A DNA stretch of 64,000 nt from Marsupella aquatica (Eukaryota; Plantae; Marchantiophyta). The stretch is taken from positions 15,220,645 through 15,284,644 of the forward strand of contig OZ316893.1 of assembly GCA_973895155.1 (NCBI GenBank), in the 5' to 3' direction. Below are positions 1 to 11,946 of the stretch, in pieces (position 1 is the first letter of the stretch; every line of letters begins with the position of its first letter). A model generated the notes under the pieces. The model was not told where the DNA came from and ran no database searches. It saw only the letters and a program-made list of their open reading frames with translations. Position numbers and translations under genes: made by a program.

Positions 1-29
1 AGAAATATGAGTTCTGAATTTTCTTTTAA

Positions 30-311
30 ATCTGGTCTAGTGTATCATTTCACTTTGTATTGGTTTGAATTTAACAAATTATCTAACCCCTTTAATTATT
101 TCAAGTTTATGATTTTCATTTGATTTGATATGTTTTATTGTGGTAGCTTATTATGTATTTGATGAGATTCATCTGGCCTAGTGTATCATTTCACTTTGTA
201 TTGGTTTGAATTTAACAAATTATCTAACCCCTTTAATTATTTCAAGTTTATGATTTTCATTTGATTTGATATGTTTTATTGTGATAGCTTATTATGTATT
301 TGATGAGATTC
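30..311. repeat. AT-rich tandem duplication, 2 x 141 bp
   Basis: TCTGG(T/C)CTAGTGTATCATTTCAC...GATGAGATTC occurs at 31 and again at 172 with only a few substitutions. Confidence 0.9.
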
Positions 312-2137
312 TTTTTCTGCCATTCATTCTCTATTGCACGAGATGGTCAGACTCACCAGGATGCACCCAGTACAAACACCAGAGATGCCCTGTAGGTTAT
401 ATGTCCATTGGTGAAAAATTTTCCAAACCTTATGGTTTAGAGGTTAACAGGTGTCACCTAAATAGTGAATCTTTCAATAGGGCCTAAAAGTAGAGTACAA
501 AGCTAGAGTATAAAGCTAACATACTTCTCTGTCAAACACAAATACTATATGGACCTCTAGGGTACATCTTACAAGTTATGTACTGTTTTTCACCTAAAAA
601 GTGCGATAAAGGTGTGCATTTTTATTCTATTTATTTATTTGATTCACTGTTTTAATGCATTTGAATACTATGCTATAATTGTTATTTGATAAACTATTTA
701 AATTAATTGGTAGTTTACAAAGGATACAATTGACATTATTGTCAATAAGTTAAAATAGCTGTGTCTTAGAACAAACATGCTATATTTGGAGGATTATGGG
801 GTGGGGGGATGTGTGTTAAAAAACTCACAGTGAGTTTGGACCGACACTTGAATTGCCCCGCTCTCTTTCTACCGGTAGCCCATGGAAGTTTTCTTGGGTA
901 TTTATTTTCATTTTTTGGGCATCAAACCTGCAGCTACCAGTTACCTGTGCAACACGGCGACAGTTAATGTGAATCCTGTGATTTATAGAAAGAAATGTAA
1001 TAAGACTCCCTAGTCTTGTACCTGTTCTTGGTTTGTCCTTTACCATTGTGAGTTGTTGGGAGTAAAGTTGCAGGGCCCGCTACACCTTTGTCCGCAAAGG
1101 AAAAGTACCCCCTTCGTACATAGCGCTTTAGAGGTTCCAGCACAAATATCCATGTGTATGCACATGAAGGGTTCTTTTGCATTGGGATTCAAAGAAAAGG
1201 TAGGAAAACACTTCTTGTGATGAACCAGAGGTGAACCAAACTACTGGAATACGAATATGAACCAGAAAATAGTTGAAACAATTTTGATCGTATAAGAAAG
1301 AAAGGGACGGTATGCATTTAAAACTGCAATACTTGGAGTAGAGATGGACAGGAGAGCATGAGAGTTGAGCGAGAATAAATGCTTGCAGCTTGGCTCTCCA
1401 CAGGCACCTAGTGAATCCATCTTTCCTAGATTTTGACCTGGAGCACTGTTTGACTTGCATCAATTGGTTTTTTTAAACTGACTTATGGTATACTGGGTGA
1501 TTTGGGGGGCACATTGGCCTAACCCCCATACAATAACTCAATTGACTTTCATCACCTGAATACAATTTTGAAAGTAAATTCTTTACCAAACTTTCTTTTG
1601 TATATTCTCTTTTATATACGTAGAATCACATAACAAAACGTGCAAAACCGGGAGACAAGGAGCCCATCCTCTTCTTCTTCTTTACCTATTAGAAAGTAGC
1701 TAGAAGATATATTGATGAGGGACAGATACACATGAGACGTGGTTATGGACCCGCATTAGGGGTCACTTGTAAATTCCCTGACACGAGAATAGGTCACATC
1801 AGCAAGGATGGTGACAAACAGGACAGAACAAGTTCCATTATTCTATTTCAGTGTTAGTTATTTTTGTATATATTTCTTTTTGTCTTGCAAGGAAATACAC
1901 CTTGCAAGACTTCTGTTCGAGCATGATTATAACTTGGTAACTTGGTTTGGATGAAATCAAGAGAATAAGCTGCACCTCCTGCAAGGGGACTGACAAGAGG
2001 TGATGCATTTAGACCTCTTGTTAGTGTTTACATGTACATTCTTTTGGGTTATCCTCATAAGGTGGCCATTTGTACCTTCTGCGAGGCTTCTTTGTAGTGA
2101 ATTTTGATCAAGTTTTGCTCTGTGCCTATTATTTCAG

Positions 2138-2280
2138 GTTGCAGCCCAAGTAGTGAAAGTCGGCTGGAAAACTGTAGGCAAAATGACCAAAATGTCAGCC
2201 AGACTATGTACTATGCCTGGCCCACATCAGACTGGTTTTGTTCTTGTCCAGTGAATTCCACAGTATTAGGCCCTAGTAAG
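2138..2280 (+). pseudogene. Possible degenerate SWIM zinc-finger exon (TE-derived)
   Basis: After a TTTCAG acceptor one frame reads ...YAWPTSDWFCSCPVNSTVLGPSK, then GTAAG. This resembles the CxC half of a SWIM motif, but the second C/H pair is not seen. Confidence 0.25.
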
Positions 2281-3091
2281 TAAGTTTTGCCATGAGCACA
2301 CCAATTAAGTAAAAGATTTTGGGTCAAGACCTGGAATGCATCTCTCTCTCTTTCTCTCTCTCTCTTGGGTTATGTTTTGTGATAAAAAGCGATTATTTCA
2401 TCTGACAGAAGTTCTGTGGAGCACATGGACACCCAAAAATCTTATGGTTTCCTCCTTTAATTGATTGTTGGCCTCATTCGTTTGCTGGAGCCTCCCTATA
2501 TGTACCTTTTGTTTATTACCTTAAAAGAACAAAACATACAGCGTACAGCGGCAATTGGCGGAGCTATCTGGTACAGTGAACAAAACATCCAGCTCTCCCG
2601 TGAACAGCCAGGGTGCAAACCACCACCACAGTACCTGACAGCGTGCTGCTTAAAGTATAACTGGGCATGGTTACTTGAGTTCTGCAGTTACTTGAGACTC
2701 TACTGTAGACATTAGACACAGGCTTCGGAGGGAGAACTGAGAGAAGGTTAATCAATTAATTTATTATTTTTAAACTAAGTGTTTGTAGTTGATGCCTCTT
2801 GCTATTTATCCCTGGTTCAACTAGGGATGGACTATTGAACTCTGAACATTGTTTCTAACTTGTATATGTCCTTTCCAGATAAATGGTCAAAGTTTTGGTC
2901 GCAAAAGCTGTCAGGTCCATCCAGTTGCATAGTTAAATATTTCTCCATGGCAGAATCATTTTCCCCTTTTGAGTTGTCAAGCAAATCATACAATGTTTGA
3001 CGAGGAAAATCCAGGAAACGTACACAAAAAAGAAAATTGAATCCAAGGAACAATTACGAAATCTTTCAAGGATAATAAAGAAAGAAAAGGA

Positions 3092-3233
3092 TGTTGAAAC
3101 ACCACCAGAATAATGTTGTTCTTCTCATTCATGTGTGTGGTCTTTATACATCGAGGTGGTTACTTTAATAGTAACTACCTAAGGTTTGGTGTTAAACCTT
3201 ACCCTGGAGTAGCTTAACCTATGGGTTCTAACA
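3092..3233 (-). repeat. 3' LTR of the copia element (142 bp)
   Basis: TGTTGAAACACCACC...GGTTCTAACA. It is followed on + by CTCCTCCTT, i.e. the polypurine tract AAGGAGGAG on the minus strand. Confidence 0.95.
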
Positions 3234-3858
3234 CTCCTCCTTGGGTGCATTGCATCATGGGTTTGGTTAAGGTGATGCAACCATATTGAGTCTACTGTGA
3301 GGGTGTTAACTATTTGATTGTGTAATGTAGTTCTAGTAAAAGAATGAGAAGGTGGTGTTGATGTAGCCTCATTAAAACCTCCTCTCCTTTCTTGCAGGAG
3401 GAAAGAGTGCTACCATCTTTGGATGAAAAGTGAATAGAGTGTCATATTGTAGTTTAGTAAGTAGAGGTTGGGTTAAAATTGGTGTCGGTTGTTATGGTCT
3501 TTAGTGGGGAAGAATCCATGTATTGTGGGTTCTTGGTATTTGTAGTCTATGTGGTGTAAGTATTCTCTACTATGGAGTATCATTACTAATGTGTGGTGTC
3601 TTCCCGAGTAATTTTGCGGATTCGTAGTCGGTGGCGTGGTGCCCTAGTCTTGGTTGGAGCTTGTGTTCTTGGTGGTCGTGGGTTGTGCTCCGGTCGTCGG
3701 CTCCTTTCCTCTGGTGATTGATCGCCCCATCTCCATTCTGGAGGTTGTCCTTGCCGCTTTTGTGAATAATTGATGTTCAGAGTCTTCGGTGTGTCGTTGT
3801 TGTGGATTTCATTAAGGTATCTGTTCTTCAATGCCCTCGGTCCTCGGACTTTTGGATT

Positions 3859-6800
3859 TCAATTCGATTCCTGTAAGAGGGTGGACAAACGACGCATGCC
3901 GATTGATCGTGTTAGTGTTTTATGTATGGCAGGCGGTAACGATTTGGTTAGCAGGTCTGCATTGTTCAGTTTGCTTGGGATCCATTTTATGTCGATGCTG
4001 TTGCCATGCTGTTCTCTTGCAAAGAAGAATTTGGGGGCGATATGTTTAGTGTGTTCTCCCTTGATGAAGCCCGCTGCGATTTGTTCTACGCAAGGTCTGT
4101 TGTCTTCGAAGATGACAATCGGTGAGGTGAGTATTTTCATACCTGTGTGATGTAGGATATGATTAATTACGTTTCTTAGCCATAAGCATTCGCGACTTGC
4201 TTCGTACAATGCTATGATCTCTGAGTGGTTGGAGGATGTAAGTCGCGGAACTCGACTACCTTAACACTTAGCTCCGGCGTCGCTTACTCCGACGCCAAGC
4301 TCCCTTATGGTCCAGGCCCGGATAGGCCATCCGGGGAGGACTTAGCATGGGGAGACTTGTGGGCAATGAGATGTGGCACTGGCGAGGCAAGGGGCCAAGC
4401 TGGGGACACACACAAAGGACTTGGACTAGCCTATTGCTGGTCGGGTCAAGGGGAAATGGGCCGGGCTCAAGGATGGCCGTCCAGACCGTCGGATGGACTT
4501 TTAGTTCTGAGGGCTGGGGAGTGAGCTCCTCTTGGGCCCAAGGCCAATGGAGTTGACGCCATTGGCAACGGACGCTTGGGGCGCAAGTTGTGGGCCGATC
4601 CGGGTTGGGCCGGTCGGGGGCCCCGAGTGGCGATCAGACCTGAGGGCCTAGGCATGAGCACTGGGTCGGCCCGGTCACAATGGGCTAAGGCACTCCGCTT
4701 GCGGATGCCTATCGAGAAAGTTATGGGCGTTGCCAATTGGTGGCGCGCCCATTACGCGCGATGGGATCCGGGTTGGGGCCAAATGTTTAGGGACCAAAGC
4801 TGGTCTGGGGGTGGCAGGTCTCCAGAAGCATATATGAGGGGAGTGGTGTCTCCCTGGGGGCTAAGGCCGAGCCGAAGTCGTGAGCCGCGGCGGTCGCGAC
4901 ACTATGGGAAACCGCCAAACAAAAATGACGATATCTTCCCAACGAGAAGTCCGTTGGAGGACTTCTTGGGTGCGTTGGAAAGCTCTTGAGGAGGGCTACG
5001 TCCTCCTAAGCTCAGCTGGGTCTGGGGGTGCTGTGGGTTCTCGTGGTTTGTGGGTGTTAGCTCGCCCGCTTGCCAAATCCTGCCGAACAGCAGCCAAGTC
5101 GCGTTCAGTCTCCCAAGGGAGCTTGCGTTGGGGAGGAAGGCCAAGTAGGTGAGGAGGCTGAGTTCCAAGGGAGCTCGGCCCCTAGACCACCAGTGGGGCA
5201 AACCAAGAGCGGTTGCTAGAGTCGGGGCCGTTCTGGTCCCGGCGTGTTGGGACAAGCTTAGGACAAGCTTTGGGACAAGCTACGCTATTTGGGCCATGAG
5301 CATGTCCTGGGGTCAAGGCGGTCAGTTGGTGATGGATAGGTACGAGGGGGAACCTAGGCCGCGGAAGGAGCTGTTCTGGACAAACAGTGGGCGTGGGTTC
5401 TGGTTCTGGCTTATGGCGTCGGGAGGACCTATCGTTAACCTCTTTACCAACGTCTGTTGAGCTTGAGTTAGGATGCTAGACTTGGCGAGTTCTAGATCCT
5501 GAGGGGTTACTTACCAAGGTGCTTGGTTGCTTGTGTAGACAGTGAGGATCGTTGAGTAGCGGTCGTGTAGGTGAGCAAGTGCGGCTTCATATGGGAGGGG
5601 CCGCTGGTGGTGCAAGAGGCACTTGGGTGCTTGCTCGAGGTATTCCGTGGAGGCGTTTGGACACCAAGGGCACTTAGACGCGAGTGTTGGGATTGGTGAG
5701 GGCACTGGGTGGCGAGGTCCACCACTATGTAGTTGTTAGACTCTGTTTGGTGCTCTTCCATGATATGGCGATGGGTCCGGCCAGGAAAACATATCCTGTT
5801 TGTGACTTCACATATGTTGGGTCAGAGAGATAGTCGGCATCTGCATAGCCAGTAAGAGTTGGTGTTAAATCAGTAGGGAAGTATAATCCAAAATCTATAG
5901 TGCCACAGAGGTAGCGGAGTACCCATTTGATTCCATTCTAGTGTCGAATGGTCGGCTGTGAGCTGTGCCTTGCTAGTAGGTTCACAGCGAATGCAATGTC
6001 TGGCCTCGTTTGGGTGGCCAAGAACATAAGCGCTCCTATTGTAGATAGGTAGGGCTTGTCTGAGCCAAGTAGTGGCTCGTTTTCAACTGGTACACTTTTG
6101 GAACATGTCTTTGTCCCTATCTAGGGATTTGATGTCCATAGGTGAGTTCACAGGGTATGCTTTGTCCATGTTGAACTGCTGTAGCATTCTCTTTGTGTAT
6201 GTGGACTGGTGGAGGAGTATTCCTTTTTTGAGGTGCTCAAATTGTAGTCCTAGGCAGAATGTAGTCCTACCTAGGTCCCTCATCTCAAAAACTCTCTTGA
6301 GTAATTGTATTGTTTCCACCATGATTTTCTTAGTGCCGAATAAGTTCAGGTCGTCCACATATATTGCGATTATGATAAACTCGCTGCCCTCTCTCTTGAT
6401 GAATAGGCAGGGTGCAATTTTGGAGTTTTGGAATCCCATTGCAATCATTTCTGATTTAAATTGTTGGTACCATGTGCGTCCACTCTGCTTGAGCCCATAC
6501 ATTGATCGGAGCACTTGGACTGCAAGGTGGATACGCGCCTTCATCCTCTTTGGGTCCGTTATTACTTCTTTCATGGCGATGTTGTGTGATGTGCGTTGTA
6601 GTACTGATGCATCGGTGTGCCCGAATGATCCTTCTGTCGTATGAGTTAATTCGTTACTTTGGTGTTGCCCCTTTTTGTGGTATTTCACTCGTTTAATTAA
6701 CTCAAGAGGGGCTTCCATGTATATCACTTTGTCGAGGTGGCCGTATAGGTAGGCTGTCACTATGTCCATCTGGTGCATGGATAGCCCGTGGTGTATGGAG

Positions 6801-8604
6801 AAAGCAATCAGGTATCAGTATGTGATCACGTCCATGACTGGTGCATATGTTAGGTCGTAGTCCCTTCCTGGTATTTGGGTAAATCCTTTGGCCACCAATT
6901 GGGCCTTGTACCTTGCAACCTCTCAATCTGCGTTTCTTTTTCTGACGAAGGTCCATTTGTAGCCAGTCAGGTGTATATCTGGGGTTGCTTGTGTTATTCT
7001 TCCGAATACTTGTCTGGAGATGAGTGAGTCAAGTTCCAAATTGATGGCCTTCTCCCACTTGGGCCAGTCAGGTTGTCTCTGTGCTTCTGTTGTCGTCTTC
7101 GGGTCTGGTAATTCTTTTTCCAGTACCTGTGAAATCTGGAATGCGAACTGGTCGTCTATCTGGGTATTTTCTCGATCCCAAACTTGGCCCGTTTGTTGGT
7201 AATTTATAGCAATTTCGTCATTCTCCATATTTGTGGTTGGTTGAGTTGGTATTGTTGTTGATGACTGTCTTTGAGTTGTTGTAGGTATGGTTCTTCTTTG
7301 GCGTGGTTGACGATCCGTGGCCCCTATCAGGCGTCCCCGTTTGGCCCGTGGTGGGGCCTCAATTGCGGGTGTGCCCTCTTGTTCAATTCTTGCTGGTGTA
7401 TTCGCTGCAGGTACATGTGATTATATCACCTTTGCTACATCTACGAAGGAGTCTGGCAGTTGTTCAATCATTTTGGTAAGATGGATTATCCTCTGAACTT
7501 CTGTGTCAGTTTGGGCTGTTCTTGGATCGTTCCAAAATGTAGATTGTATTTGCCATTCAAGCTCAGTATTTATTTTCTTATCTGTATTCGAGCCTGTTAT
7601 TAGAGTAGGGAGTATATGCTCGTAAAAATGGCAATCCGTGAACCTTGCTTTGAATATGTCTGCTGTTGTTGATTCCAGGTATCGGATGATGGAGGTCGAG
7701 TCAAAGCCTATGTAAATCCCTTTCTGCCTCTGGGGCCCCATCTTTGTGCGCTTAGGGCCCAGGATGGGGACTAATACTTGGCATCTGAATGTCCTTAAAT
7801 GGGATATATTCGGAGTTGTTCCGAATGCTAGGTGGTGGGGTGTCCTATCGTTGAATGCAGATGGTCTGTACTGGAGGAGGGCAGCCGCATGGAGTACCGC
7901 GTGGCCCCATGCTGATGTTGGGAGTTTCGTCTGCATCAATAGAGGTCTGGCTATGATCTGTAACCTCTTGATGAGGGATTCGGCTATTCCGTTCTGGAAG
8001 TGGACATGGGCTATTGGGTACTGTATATTTATTCCTGTTGTTGTGCAGAAGTCTTCAAATGTTTGAGATGAAAACTCGCCAGCATTGTCAACCCTGAGGT
8101 TTCTTATCGGGTTGTCAGGGAATTGTGCTTTCAGTTTTAGGATATGTGCCAATATCCTTGAAAACACTAAGTTTCTGGTTGACAGGAGAGATACTTGTGA
8201 CCACTTCGAGGAAACATCAATGATCACTAGGAAGAATCGGAAGGGGCTGCTTGGTGGATGTATGGGATCGCATATGTCTGCATGGAGTCTTTCCAAGAAG
8301 TTCGGGATGTTTTTGTCTATTTTGTTTGGTGATGGTCTTGTGATCATTTTTCCCTGTGAGCAGGTGAGGCATGGAGTCTGTATGGATCTTGGATGTACTA
8401 TGTTTGGTATTCCCTGTGTGTCCTTTATGATTTTGTGAAACATGCTGGTGCCTGGGTGTCCCAGTCTCTGGTGCCATATGTCTGTGATTGAGGGTGGCTG
8501 TATGGCAGTGTGGTAACTCTATGTTTTTGTGGCATAATATCCCGTAGGGTAGGCATAGAAGGTCTCTTTGACTTTGTTTCCATTGGGGGTTTTGGCAATA
8601 ATAT
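3859..8604 (-). pseudogene. Copia pol: integrase, reverse transcriptase and RNase H, with stops/frameshifts, split by the 4241-5726 insertion
   Basis: WHQRLGHP; CLTC; LHADICDPIHPPSSPFRFFLVIID; LRVDNAGEF; QNGIAES; QMDIVTAYLYG; MYGLKQSGRTW; IYVDDL; GYADAD; SWKSTKQ...TSSNHSEIIA; FEDN; TKHI; ADLLTK. Confidence 0.96.
4241..5726. mobile_element. 1486-bp GC-rich insertion, probable solo LTR with non-canonical AGT...ACT ends
   Basis: Flanked by ATGTA at 4236-4240 and 5727-5731. Removing it restores the RNase H frame KQSLTTTSSNHSEII. Termini AGTCGCGGAACTCG and revcomp AGTGGTGGACCTCG match at 11/14. Confidence 0.8.
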
Positions 8605-9459
8605 CACTAGAAGAATCCGAGGTGAACTGAGACCGCAATATGTGACTCATTTTGGCTCATGTGACTTCATTGTGACTCAACGTGACTTGACCCACATTGT
8701 GACCCTTGGAGTTGCAAAAGTTGAGACCAACAAATGGAAGTCACTATTGATACTGGGCCTTGTGACTTGCTTGATACCCATTTGTGACTGATCTGTGACT
8801 TTATTGTGAAGTCTAGCCTTGTTTCTACGTGACTGCAATATGACTTTGACGAGTCACATGGTAAGTCACATACATGACTTACTCGCATTCAACAACGACT
8901 AGCGTGTGACCATTTAGTGTCACAGGAGAGACCAATGGAGACCCTGGCCCGGGTCACACAACATAACCATTTGGGACTCTATATACTCATGTTTATAACT
9001 AATAAGGTTCACATGCAAGTTGTAACCATGACTAATGGACACAGAGGGACAGTTCATAAGGAGAGAGAGCACTCCACATTACAATACATAGAAACCTGAT
9101 GTTCTAACTTTAGAAATATAACACATTGAATACAAGAAATGAACATAGCATGAATGACATTCACATGAAATAAAGCATCATATAAGGAGGTCCTACACAA
9201 AACATTAATAAGAATTAAACAAAATCATAATCTTGCTCAAAAATGTAGATCATTTGAATTCCAATGGAATAGTTTACAATGTGATCAATGTAATTCAGAC
9301 AAAACAGGAACTCATAATTGATGACTGCAGGATGAGATAACTGAAAGCACATGCATGATACTATGAATCTCCAAGAGGACATGATTCTTGTACTCCTTCT
9401 TGACATCTAAAATCTACATAACATGACTCACACTACGAACAAATAATGGCATGACATTG

Positions 9460-10847
9460 TTATGGATCCTCTATGAACTTGCTTGGCCATAATACCAAAG
9501 AACCTACAGCATCTCCAAGTGTCTTTTGAGGAGGATCATCATTTGTGTTTGGAATGGGAAGGACAGCTTTAGGTTTCACTAGTAATGTGACTAACACTAC
9601 TGAATAACCTCGGGGAATCCTCAGATTCCCATGGAACGTTGTGGAACCAACCTGAACTCTGCCAAATCCTACTCGTGTTCCACTCTCATCAACAGCTAAC
9701 AAGCCACTTTGTCCCTCAGCATTAGGTGCTTTCCCTACTTCCACCTTAGATCTTTCTTCCAGCACCATTCTTAGAGGTTTGTATGAAACCTTTGACGTGG
9801 CTCTGCTCCCACCAGCAGACTTGCTTCGTGTGTGCATGCTTCCTCTCTTCACAGTAGTGAAGCTAGGCTCAGTAGGTTCCTCTGTTAGGACTGTCACAGC
9901 AGTAGGTTCACCACCTGGGAGTGTCATACCAACTAACTCTTTGGTTGGATTTATCTCAACAAGAGGCACACCTGTCATTGAGAATGATACATTCTGCAAA
10001 TCATTTATCTTTGCAATGGAGTCAAGATAGCATGAATCTGGCTCAATGGTATCATTGTCATGCTTGTTGATATCCTCATTTGCCCCAACATTGATATCAT
10101 CCACTCCCTTGCCAATGTCATCCTCATCCAAACATGGTTGACTACCCTCTGTCAAACAAGTTGCTTGTACAGACTGCAACTTTGTTGCCTCTAAATTACA
10201 GCGAGTATTTGCCAGGTTCTCATACTTCTTCTCTGCAACACCTGTCTTATTCTCTATGGACACAACAACCACAATATATGTTACTGAAAATAACACATTC
10301 AACAAACTATGTCAATTCAAACTATACATTTACTAATCATATCCCACACAGTTGTAAAGGCCTTACCTTCAAGCCTACATGTCGTTGGCATGCCAGAAGA
10401 GTGCATCGACTTTGCCACCTCAAGTGGTGATGGTGGAACTCCTGCAGAATTGGAATCAATTTTATCTCTCACCAACACAACAGCTTCCATTAATGTCTTG
10501 AAGTTCACATGGAACAAGTCAGTCAATGAATTCAAACGTTCATTGATCTCTGGAAGACATGTTTTGACAGCCTTCAAACGACCACTTATCTCTGTAAGTG
10601 AAGATCCACCTCCCTACATGACACAGGGGTATAGGTTCAATCACTCCATATGAAATGTTGGGCAATATATGCACAATCAATGTTATATACAGTGTACACC
10701 TGAAATTCAACGTAGGTCATTCAATTACCAATCAGAACTCATATAACTTACATGCTTGGAGGATTCAGATGCACCCTCTTGAGCCCGGGTGTTCACAGTT
10801 TCAGCCCTCAACTCTTCTTTTGAAGGGCTTTGCCCCAATTGGGCTTT
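9460..10847 (-). pseudogene. 3' exons of the CACTA TnpA/ORF2-like gene
   Basis: Exon KAQLGQSPSKEELRAE... lies between TGCAG and GTAAG. The terminal exon ends VGFGRVQ...FHGNLRIPRGYSVVLV...LPIPN...TLGDAVGSLVLWP, a C-terminal motif typical of plant CACTA ORF2 proteins. Confidence 0.7.
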
Positions 10848-10871
10848 CTGCACATGCTTGTGAAAAACAAG

Positions 10872-11871
10872 CGCGTGGCGCACGGCAGCGAAGAGCAAAT
10901 GGCTATGGAGGGGAGCGATGGAGGGGGAGGGGCAGGAGCAGGGACAGGAATAGAATTTGGAGGAACAGCTGGAGGGCAAGGAGATGGTGGAGATGAAGGG
11001 TCAGGAGCTGGACGAGGTGGGGCTGGAGGAGCTATTGGGGATGGAGCAGGGCCATCAGAAGACTTTGGGGAGATCATGGCTGCAATTTTCCATAAGCAGG
11101 TAGGGCTCTCCATAGAGCATGCGCAAAAGGTGGCTGCATTGACACAAGGATTGCTAGACTCTTCTAGGAGCACTGTTCTTGCTGAAGCTCAGAAAACATT
11201 TGAGGAGAGGCAGCATACTAGGGAGAAAGAGAAGAAGAGGAAGAGAAGGGAGGAGAAGGAGACTGTACCTGTGGAGGCCCTCTCACCACGACAGAGAGAG
11301 AAGGCCTTACGTAGACAGGCACGGGCTGCAGATAGGAAAAGAGCCGAGGAGGAGAAGCTGCGAGCAGAGGAGAGAAGCAAGAGGCCAAAAATTCAGAGTT
11401 CGTGAGCAGGTGAAGGAATGTTTTTGCAACGGCTCATTCATTGATGACAGGTTCTTAAACAAGAAAATCAGTCTATCCCTTGCAGACAGAAGGAATCACA
11501 TCAGGGAGAAGCTGAGGAAGTACCTTGGTGAGTGCAAGGACAGTGAGGAGGTGATCAAGCAAAGAGGGTGCCCAAATGATATTCCTGTGGAGGTATGGCC
11601 AGCTTGGATTGAGACCGAGCTGCAGGTTCAAGCCTGGCAGGCAAGGAGATACTGGCAAGCTGAGCTAGAAGTCCTTGCAGTGAGGGTCCAGGCAGGGGAG
11701 ACTATTGACACCCGCCATGCTGATCAAAACCTGCAACATTGGGATGCAAAGTCAATTCAGCTTGGGGACCCTCCCTCACATATGCAAAAGGCATTGATTC
11801 GAGTTGAGAACAGGCCAGTAGTCACTCACAGAATGGGGCAGGGCGGGTCGCTGCGTCTCAAGGCAGAATTT
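10872..11871 (+). pseudogene. TnpA/Ptta-like (Transposase_24-type) exon on the opposite strand, frameshifted
   Basis: Gly-rich and charged region, then RNHIREKLRK...CPNDIPVEVWPAW...THRMGQGGSLRLKAEF followed by a GTAAG donor at 11872. Confidence 0.65.
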
Positions 11872-11946
11872 GTAAGTAGACTCCACCTCCTCTCTCCAAG
11901 CTCTTCCCTCCATTCACCTGATCACCTGAGGCCCTTCTTTGCCTGA

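Noticed and set aside
2832-3053. 73-aa ORF, and a coding-like stretch at about 29690-30070, possibly an old gene or TE split by the copia insertion
   Set aside because: No family recognisable and multiple stops; cannot be supported without a search.
4225-5761. Many overlapping 60-140 aa ORFs
   Set aside because: GC-rich non-coding insert; no recognisable domain in any frame.
6072-8438. Plus-strand ORFs of 100-190 aa
   Set aside because: Antisense shadows of the copia RT and integrase frames.
8640-8925. Regularly recurring TGTGACT motif that might suggest a CRISPR-like array
   Set aside because: Short motifs with irregular spacing in both orientations next to a CACTA TIR; these are subterminal TnpA-binding repeats.
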